32,000 nucleotides of DNA, taken from the NCBI RefSeq assembly GCF_000011125.1, contig NC_000854.2, positions 780,001 through 812,000 on the forward strand, read 5' to 3'. Positions 27,714 through 32,000 of this stretch are shown here, piece after piece. Position 1 is the stretch's first letter, and each line of letters begins with the position of its first letter. This DNA comes from Aeropyrum pernix K1 (GTDB lineage Archaea > Thermoproteota > Thermoprotei_A > Sulfolobales > Acidilobaceae). The notes under the pieces are model-generated. The model had not been told where the DNA came from and made no database searches. It saw nothing but the letters and a program-made list of their open reading frames with translations. The position numbers and the translations under genes are program-made.

Positions 27714-27964
27714 CTATTGTGGTTAACCCGGGTAGCGTGGGGCAGCCACGGGACGGGGATCCCAGGGCGTCATACACCGTCATAGACGCCGAGAAGAGCT
27801 CTATAGAGCTGTATAGGGTCAAATATGACGTTGACAAGATCATAGGGAAGCTACGTGCTCTAGGGATCTCAAGCCCCCATATAATGGAGCCTCAGACAGC
27901 GGGGGAGACCCGTTACTCCCGCGCTCCCACGCCACCCGAGGCTGCCAGTATGGAGCCAGCATAG
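27707..27964 (+). pseudogene. C-terminal fragment of a metallophosphoesterase (YfcE/MJ0936-like, PF12850-type) gene
   Basis: In a different frame from the preceding fragment, the sequence reads GGAIVVNPGSVGQPRDGDPRASYTVIDAEKSSIELYRVKYDVDKIIGKL. This is the characteristic C-terminal NPGSVGQPRDGDPRA.Y...YD block of these phosphoesterases. All N-terminal metal-binding motifs (DxH, GDxxDR, GNHD) are absent upstream. Confidence 0.6.
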
Positions 27965-28098
27965 AACGCCAGGGCCACAGCGGACACTAGGTTGGAGGCT
28001 GCGGAGGTCAGGGGGATCAGACGCCGTTCACCCAACCGTGCCTTCATGTAACAAATTATAGCAGGTTGTGTCGGGCACGGCTGGGTTCATCACGGTCT

Positions 28099-28150
28099 CC
28101 CCGGGGCCGCCTACGGAAGCCCCTGGGGGCTTCCCTCGGGAACCCCGGGG
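28099..28150. repeat. GC-rich nested palindrome immediately upstream of the low-GC island
   Basis: CCCCGGGG (28099..28106) and CCCCGGGG (28143..28150) are mutually complementary. They enclose a perfect 9-bp hairpin, GGAAGCCCC-tg-GGGGCTTCC (28115..28134). Confidence 0.6.
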
Positions 28151-28207
28151 TCACCGGGTTAGGTTTATAAACTTAAAGCCTTAAAGTTTTGTTGGGGATT
28201 CCCCAAT

Positions 28208-29323
28208 ATGAGCTACATAACGCTTACACTACCATTTAATGTTGGAGGTAGCGTAGCTGGGGACTTGTTCAGTACTGCATGGTTGTTTAAGACTGCTACT
28301 CATAGAATGCTCAGTTTAGCCAAGCAAACACCCATACTACCTGCTACTGACATTGGCTGGAAAAACACCTTTAGGAAGGCAATCTATGAGGTGATACCTA
28401 ATCGTAGGTATGTTGATGGAGTTATCACGCTTGTACGTGGAATTTACGAGTCTTGCAGACAACTGGGAGTTGGCTTCAAAGAGGTAGAGCTTGGAGATTG
28501 GCTGATGTTTCAGCAGGCTGAGAAGGAATATCCAGTAAGGAACATTACCCTAAAGGATGACTACAGCTTCTACATAACAACTATAGGCTACAATGGAGAA
28601 AAGGATAGAATAGTTGTTAAGCCCACAATACCCAAGAACTACAAGGTTTTGCTCGACAAGATTCTCGAAGAGAGACAGAAACATACAGCTAGAATAGTTA
28701 TCAAGGATTATGGTGTTAGGAAAAACAGGCTGTGGGTTCATGGAGAGATACAGCTTACAATACCCATAGACTTCTACTACAAGCATATGACTAGATATAG
28801 GAGAAACTATGGGAAACTCTACGGCGGTGTAGATGTTAACGTTGATAGAGCCAACCTAGCAGTAGTTGATAGGTATGGTAGGCTAAGGCATGTAAAGACT
28901 TTCTGGTTTGAGGAAGCATCAAGAAAGGGATGTAGAAGTAGGAGGGCAAGAAGCATTATAGGGATGACTGTTCACGATATGCTTAAATACGCCTATCATC
29001 ATGGAGTCAAAACATTATTCCTAGAGAACCCAGATGTACTCGGGAAACTAAAACTGCTTTGGATAAGAAATGGTAAGAGACTACATAGGAACTACAACTG
29101 GAGAGTCTCTGTATTCAGGAGTAGAATAATAGAAATGATAACTATGAAAACACCACTATATGCTATTAGGGTAGAATATGTAGACCCAAGGAGGACGACG
29201 CATTCTGAAGAACACGATAAGATAATGAAGAGATACGGCTTAGATAGGCATTCAACATCAGCCTACCTAATAGCCCTACGCGGTATAGAAAGATACAGTT
29301 CGATACAGAAAGTTACAGCTTAG
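28208..29323 (+). CDS. TnpB/OrfB-like RuvC-fold protein lacking the zinc-finger cysteines (candidate RNA-guided nuclease family member)
   Basis: 371 aa. The motifs, in order, are YGGVD(209)VNVDRANLAVVDRYG (RuvC-I-like G-x-D-hydrophobic-G/N), KTLFLE(273)NPDVLGKL (RuvC-II-like hydrophobic-E-x-L), NYNWRVSVFRSRIIEMITMKTPLYAIRVEYVDPRRTTH (like the w.f..l...l.YKa...G..v..VdP.yTSq block) and GLD(346)RHSTSAYLIALRG (RuvC-III-like DRD.NAA.NIa). Only SEEHDKIMKRYG lies between the last two blocks, with no Cys, where TnpB carries CxxC...CxxC. A TATA-like GGTTTATAAAC sits at about 28162..28172. Confidence 0.6.
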   Translation: MSYITLTLPFNVGGSVAGDLFSTAWLFKTATHRMLSLAKQTPILPATDIGWKNTFRKAIYEVIPNRRYVDGVITLVRGIYESCRQLGVGFKEVELGDWLMFQQAEKEYPVRNITLKDDYSFYITTIGYNGEKDRIVVKPTIPKNYKVLLDKILEERQKHTARIVIKDYGVRKNRLWVHGEIQLTIPIDFYYKHMTRYRRNYGKLYGGVDVNVDRANLAVVDRYGRLRHVKTFWFEEASRKGCRSRRARSIIGMTVHDMLKYAYHHGVKTLFLENPDVLGKLKLLWIRNGKRLHRNYNWRVSVFRSRIIEMITMKTPLYAIRVEYVDPRRTTHSEEHDKIMKRYGLDRHSTSAYLIALRGIERYSSIQKVTA

Positions 29324-29886
29324 TGTTTCTGACCCATCGACTCGGCGGGGAGGAGGCGGGGTGTTAGGCCTAACACTATCGACAGTATTAGGAGTGCCGT
29401 GCCCGCGGCCCACAGCCACCATGAAATCGGGGAGCCAGAGCTGCGGGCTAGGATCAAAACCCCCGAGATAAGGAAGAGCATGCTGAGAAGGAAGACCAGG
29501 ACAGCCACCAGGCTAAGGCTACTGGCCCCCAGCCGTGCTCCCCCCGCAAAGGTGGCAGAGAAGACGAGGTAGGCTATAGCTGCGGTTCTTACGGCTCTCG
29601 CGAGGAAGAAGCCGGAGAGGAGGGCGAACCCGAGGGACGCGCCCGAGCCCCTAGCTATAACCCCTACGCTAGAGCCGGCTAGGGATACCATAAACGCGAA
29701 GAAAAGTATAGCTAAGCTGGCGAGGTTAAAGAGCTTGGAGCTCAGGAGCCCGAACTCGGAGGATGCTACAATAACCACGGCGTACACGACGCCGACAGCA
29801 GCTAGGGCCACTAGGCACAATGCTGCCGTTAAAGAGGCCAGCCACACCCTCTCCACAACACTACACCCGGCGCAGCCTCCAAACAT
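29320..29886 (-). CDS. Hypothetical polytopic membrane protein
   Basis: 188 aa with about 5-6 hydrophobic segments rich in A/L/V/G/S. I recognise no family. It is convergent with the TnpB-like ORF and overlaps it by 4 nt. Confidence 0.5.
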   Translation of the reverse strand: MFGGCAGCSVVERVWLASLTAALCLVALAAVGVVYAVVIVASSEFGLLSSKLFNLASLAILFFAFMVSLAGSSVGVIARGSGASLGFALLSGFFLARAVRTAAIAYLVFSATFAGGARLGASSLSLVAVLVFLLSMLFLISGVLILARSSGSPISWWLWAAGTALLILSIVLGLTPRLLPAESMGQKH

Positions 29887-30268
29887 AGTATAGGGTGAGG
29901 GCTACGAGGAAAACCAGTAGGAGGCCTGCAGCCGCTGCAGCCCCTGTGTCGCCACTCCTCAAGGAACCCATGGCGTTAGCACCTGCTATAAAAGCCCACA
30001 GCAGGTTGACAGCTATCACAGGGGGCGTCAATACTCGCGAAACCCTTCCGCCCCTGAAGGAAGACAGGAAGAACAGGATGTTACCTACTACCAGCATACC
30101 CACCATTAGAGCCAGATAGATTGCCAGGACTATAACCCCCACGAGGGTGCCCGCCCCGCTAGCGCGGGTGTAGACGTAGCCGAGGAGCAGGAGGCTGCCC
30201 AGGGCTAGGAGAAAGCCGAGTACACCGGCTAGAGCGGATATGTATGACAGTGCCCCTCGAGAGGCCAC
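29861..30268 (-). CDS. Hypothetical membrane protein
   Basis: 135 aa with about 4 hydrophobic segments. It overlaps the downstream membrane-protein ORF by 26 nt, suggesting an operon. I recognise no family. Confidence 0.5.
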   Translation of the reverse strand: MASRGALSYISALAGVLGFLLALGSLLLLGYVYTRASGAGTLVGVIVLAIYLALMVGMLVVGNILFFLSSFRGGRVSRVLTPPVIAVNLLWAFIAGANAMGSLRSGDTGAAAAAGLLLVFLVALTLYYVWRLRRV

Positions 30269-30303
30269 TAAACCCCCAGTCCGCGATTTTAGTGGCTAAA
30301 GTT

Positions 30304-30966
30304 TTAATAGAGAGGCTTCCTCGGCCTGAGGACAGTGTAGGTGGCGTGGACCCAGCCCCCGCAGAGTATCCTCGTGTGTTGAAGCGCTAGCTCTACCCTC
30401 CTATCCCTCCCGTCGAAAACCCCGGGGCACTCGGCGAGGCCAACGCCCCCTCCGAATATGTACGGCGCTATAGTGGCCCTCACCTCATCAACAAGACCCT
30501 TCTCAAGCATAGCGCAGTTCAGCCCTCCCCCACCCTCCACCATCAAAACCCTTACACCCAGCCTCTCCCTAAGCACCGCCACAGCCCTCTCCAGATCCAC
30601 CTTCCCCCGGCCAGCCTCGACAACCTCCACTCCCCTCTCGAGATAGGGCTTCAGCCTCTCCCGGCTGTGGCCCTCGGCTGTGACAAGAACGCTCCCCCGC
30701 CGCAGCCCCGCGACGTCCGGGGGCACTTTCAGGCCCGAGTCGACTACGACCCTTAGAGGGCTCCTACCACGGGCCAGCCTCACGGTGAGCCTCGGCCTGT
30801 CTAGCACCGCGGTCCTGCTACCCACCATAACCGCGTCGGCTGACGCCCTATACTTGTGCTGCAGCTCGAAGTCCTCCCTGCAGCTGAGGAGGCTGTAGCC
30901 GGTGATGCTGGCGATCCTGCCGTCAAGGGTTGCTGTGCTGAAAATAAAGGTGTAGGGCCTGGCCAA
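30304..30966 (-). CDS. RibD C-terminal-domain reductase (2,5-diamino-6-ribosylamino-4(3H)-pyrimidinone 5'-phosphate reductase-like, riboflavin pathway)
   Basis: 220 aa. FIFSTATLDGRIASITGYS...HKYRASADAVMVGSRTAVLDRPRLTVR matches the a.SlDGkia...lRa..DAilvG..Tv..D.P.Lt.r pattern of RibD_C/DHFR-like reductases. VEGGGGLNCAML is the late GGG motif. Confidence 0.8.
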   Translation of the reverse strand: MARPYTFIFSTATLDGRIASITGYSLLSCREDFELQHKYRASADAVMVGSRTAVLDRPRLTVRLARGRSPLRVVVDSGLKVPPDVAGLRRGSVLVTAEGHSRERLKPYLERGVEVVEAGRGKVDLERAVAVLRERLGVRVLMVEGGGGLNCAMLEKGLVDEVRATIAPYIFGGGVGLAECPGVFDGRDRRVELALQHTRILCGGWVHATYTVLRPRKPLY

Positions 30967-30981
30967 GCACTGGCACCCGTG

Positions 30982-31275
30982 TCACCCTGGTGAGGGGGAT
31001 AGGGTTTTAGAGAGTATGCCCGCTATATGCTCCGCCGCCTCCCGGAGGCTGGGGTGGAGGCTTTTCCTCTCGAGCACCAGCCTACCCCCACTGTCCAGCC
31101 TCGCAAGGCCTGCTATGAGGAAGTGCTCCACGGCCTTCTCAACATCCTCCGGGGAGAATAGTGCTGGGCCTCTGCCGCTGTACACCTTGGCGAGCTCCAC
31201 CACCTCGCCCGCCGTGCGGGGTCCTAGCCAGAGCACCCCTAGGAGGAATTCCCGCCTGGTCAGTGGGGGGGTCAA
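30982..31275 (-). CDS. Small hypothetical protein, possibly winged-helix DNA-binding
   Basis: 97 aa. REFLLGVLWLGPRTAGEVVELAKV followed by AGLARLDSGGRLVLERK resembles a PadR/MarR-like wHTH pattern. This is judged by eye only. Confidence 0.4.
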   Translation of the reverse strand: MTPPLTRREFLLGVLWLGPRTAGEVVELAKVYSGRGPALFSPEDVEKAVEHFLIAGLARLDSGGRLVLERKSLHPSLREAAEHIAGILSKTLSPSPG

Positions 31276-31404
31276 CGCATGCTCACCCTGTTCACATTTG
31301 AAAATGCCGGGACAAACGGGGGTCTCCGGGAGTGTTTTCCTTCACCAGGGCCTGTGGGGTTGGAGCCCCCGGGATACCCGTGTAATACGCGATGTAGCCG
31401 GTAT

Positions 31405-31430
31405 TACTCTGGGCTCCCTACTCTGGGCTC
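31405..31430. repeat. Tandem 12-nt direct repeat TACTCTGGGCTC x2 (2-nt spacer) in a divergent intergenic region
   Basis: The copies lie at 31405..31416 and 31419..31430. The first copy overlaps the right arm of the 7-bp inverted repeat GTAATAC-n12-GTATTAC (31382..31407). Confidence 0.6.
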
Positions 31431-31530
31431 TAAACCTACGTCATTGAGGTAATACTCAAATTAGCCTTGCGGCCCAGCAGTAGTTCTATGGGTTTAAAGG
31501 CTTAGCCCGGGATTGTGTGGTGCTGTTTTA

Positions 31531-32000
31531 ATGCCTCGAGGGGGCGCCGGGAGGGTTAAGTCTAAGATTGTCAAGGACGTGGTCCATCAGTTTATAGAGC
31601 TACCCTCGGACCTTGTCGCCACCATTGTAGACAGGCCCCTCTTCCAGAGGCTCCGGAGGGTGAGGCAGCTGAGCCTGGCGGACTACGTCTACCCGGGCGC
31701 GGTGCATACGAGGTTTGAGCATAGCCTGGGAGTGGCCTACACTATGAGGAGGGCTCTCCACCACATTGTGAAGAATGTTGAGGAGATAGTGCTGCCCTCC
31801 GTCGCCGAGTATATAGAGGATGAGTACCCCCTGAAGGGGGGCCTCCAGAAGAGGCTCCAGGGCATTGCCACCCACCTCATAAGGGATGTTACAAATGCCC
31901 TCCGGAATATGGAGGGGGAGGCCGTTGTGGCCGCTCTCCTCCACGACTCGGGCCATATTATGGCGAGCCATATAGCAGAGCAGGCTCTCCACGACCCACT
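31531..32000 (+). CDS. HD-domain phosphohydrolase (dGTPase/SAMHD1-like dNTP triphosphohydrolase family), N-terminal part; runs off the right edge
   Basis: It is absent from the track because it is edge-truncated. My translation from the ATG at 31531 gives MPRGGAGRVKSKIVKDVVHQFIELPSDLVATIVDRPLFQRLRRVRQLSLADYVYPGAVHTRFEHSLGVAY...AALLHDSGHIMASH, with no stop to nt 32000. K.i.D.vhg.i.l, FQRLR.i.Qlg, HtRfeHSlGV and LLHD.GH are the family signatures. The minus-strand track ORF 31600..31992 is its shadow. Confidence 0.85.
   Translation, partial: MPRGGAGRVKSKIVKDVVHQFIELPSDLVATIVDRPLFQRLRRVRQLSLADYVYPGAVHTRFEHSLGVAYTMRRALHHIVKNVEEIVLPSVAEYIEDEYPLKGGLQKRLQGIATHLIRDVTNALRNMEGEAVVAALLHDSGHIMASHIAEQALHDP

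Larger units (their letters stand above)
28099..29376 (+). mobile_element. Putative tnpA-less IS200/IS605-like (IS1341-type) element or its relic; boundaries tentative
   Basis: A single TnpB/OrfB-like ORF sits in a sharply low-GC segment (about 28161..29323). It is bracketed by a subterminal hairpin on the left (28115..28134) and a perfect 16-nt palindrome GTGTTAGGCCTAACAC on the right (29361..29376). Gene fragments lie directly upstream. I could identify no terminal inverted repeats or target duplication. Confidence 0.35.

Noticed and set aside
27565-27843. 92-aa minus-strand ORF and the 97/98-aa plus-strand track ORFs in the fragment zone, taken at face value as genes
   Set aside because: The plus-strand ORFs are better explained as truncated remnants of a GT4 gene and a phosphoesterase gene, with similarity covering only part of each ORF. 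The minus-strand ORF is antisense to both and featureless.
28081-28160. Possible tRNA fragment or integrase att site (GGGTTCATCAC looks vaguely T-loop-like)
   Set aside because: No T-stem pairing, acceptor stem or anticodon arm can be drawn on either strand. No GGTTCGAATCC-type motif occurs anywhere in the window.
29285-29292. ATAGAAAG, identical to the predicted 8-nt crRNA 5' handle, inside the 3' end of the TnpB-like ORF (GGTATAGAAAG versus repeat GGAATAGAAAG); considered as a solitary mini-repeat or crRNA-like RNA
   Set aside because: The same 8-mer also occurs by chance at 2587..2594 on the plus strand, antisense to csa5. About one chance occurrence is expected on two strands of 32 kb, and more in AT-rich DNA. 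No second repeat-like element flanks it.
31600-31992. 130-aa minus-strand ORF at the right edge
   Set aside because: It is a shadow of the plus-strand HD-domain gene, whose translation shows strong family motifs.

Overview
High-GC archaeal chromosome segment with crenarchaeal character: Csa-type cas genes and TATA-like boxes about 25 nt upstream of start codons. From memory only (unverified), the 25-nt CRISPR repeat is the Aeropyrum pernix repeat. (1) nt 1-9355 hold a type I-A CRISPR-Cas locus. Nine head-to-tail minus-strand genes run csa1-cas1-cas2-cas4-csa3-csa5-cas7(csa2)-cas5-cas3', with cas3' cut by the left window edge. A 340-nt AT-rich leader follows, then a plus-strand array of 42 identical 25-nt repeats (GCATATCCCTAAAGGGAATAGAAAG) and 41 spacers of 36-47 nt. 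(2) nt 9.4-27.4 kb are mostly ordinary genes: a small acidic ORF, a membrane-anchored alpha/beta hydrolase, a Zn alcohol dehydrogenase, two adjacent ABC transporter systems, a hemerythrin-like protein, an MBL-fold hydrolase, a CDF transporter, a D-2-hydroxyacid dehydrogenase, an FAD oxidoreductase, a HEPN-MNT toxin-antitoxin pair, nicotinate phosphoribosyltransferase and tryptophanase. (3) nt 27.5-29.4 kb is the most unusual part. About 700 nt contain only gene fragments, including a GT4/AglH-like N-terminus joined out of frame to a metallophosphoesterase C-terminus. Next comes a GC-rich nested palindrome and then a sharply low-GC island. The island's single 371-aa ORF has the RuvC-I/II/III motif order of IS200/IS605 TnpB (OrfB)/Cas12-type nucleases but lacks the zinc-finger cysteines, and there is no tnpA. 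This is my best candidate for something undescribed: a miniature, Zn-finger-less TnpB-like and possibly RNA-guided nuclease element. (4) nt 29.3-32.0 kb hold two hypothetical polytopic membrane proteins, a RibD-C-type reductase, a small winged-helix-like protein and the 5' part of an HD-domain (dNTPase/SAMHD1-like) gene that runs off the right edge. No tRNA or rRNA genes were found. Many track ORFs are antisense shadows in GC-rich genes or translations of CRISPR repeats. All functional calls come from motif recognition by eye, with no database search.
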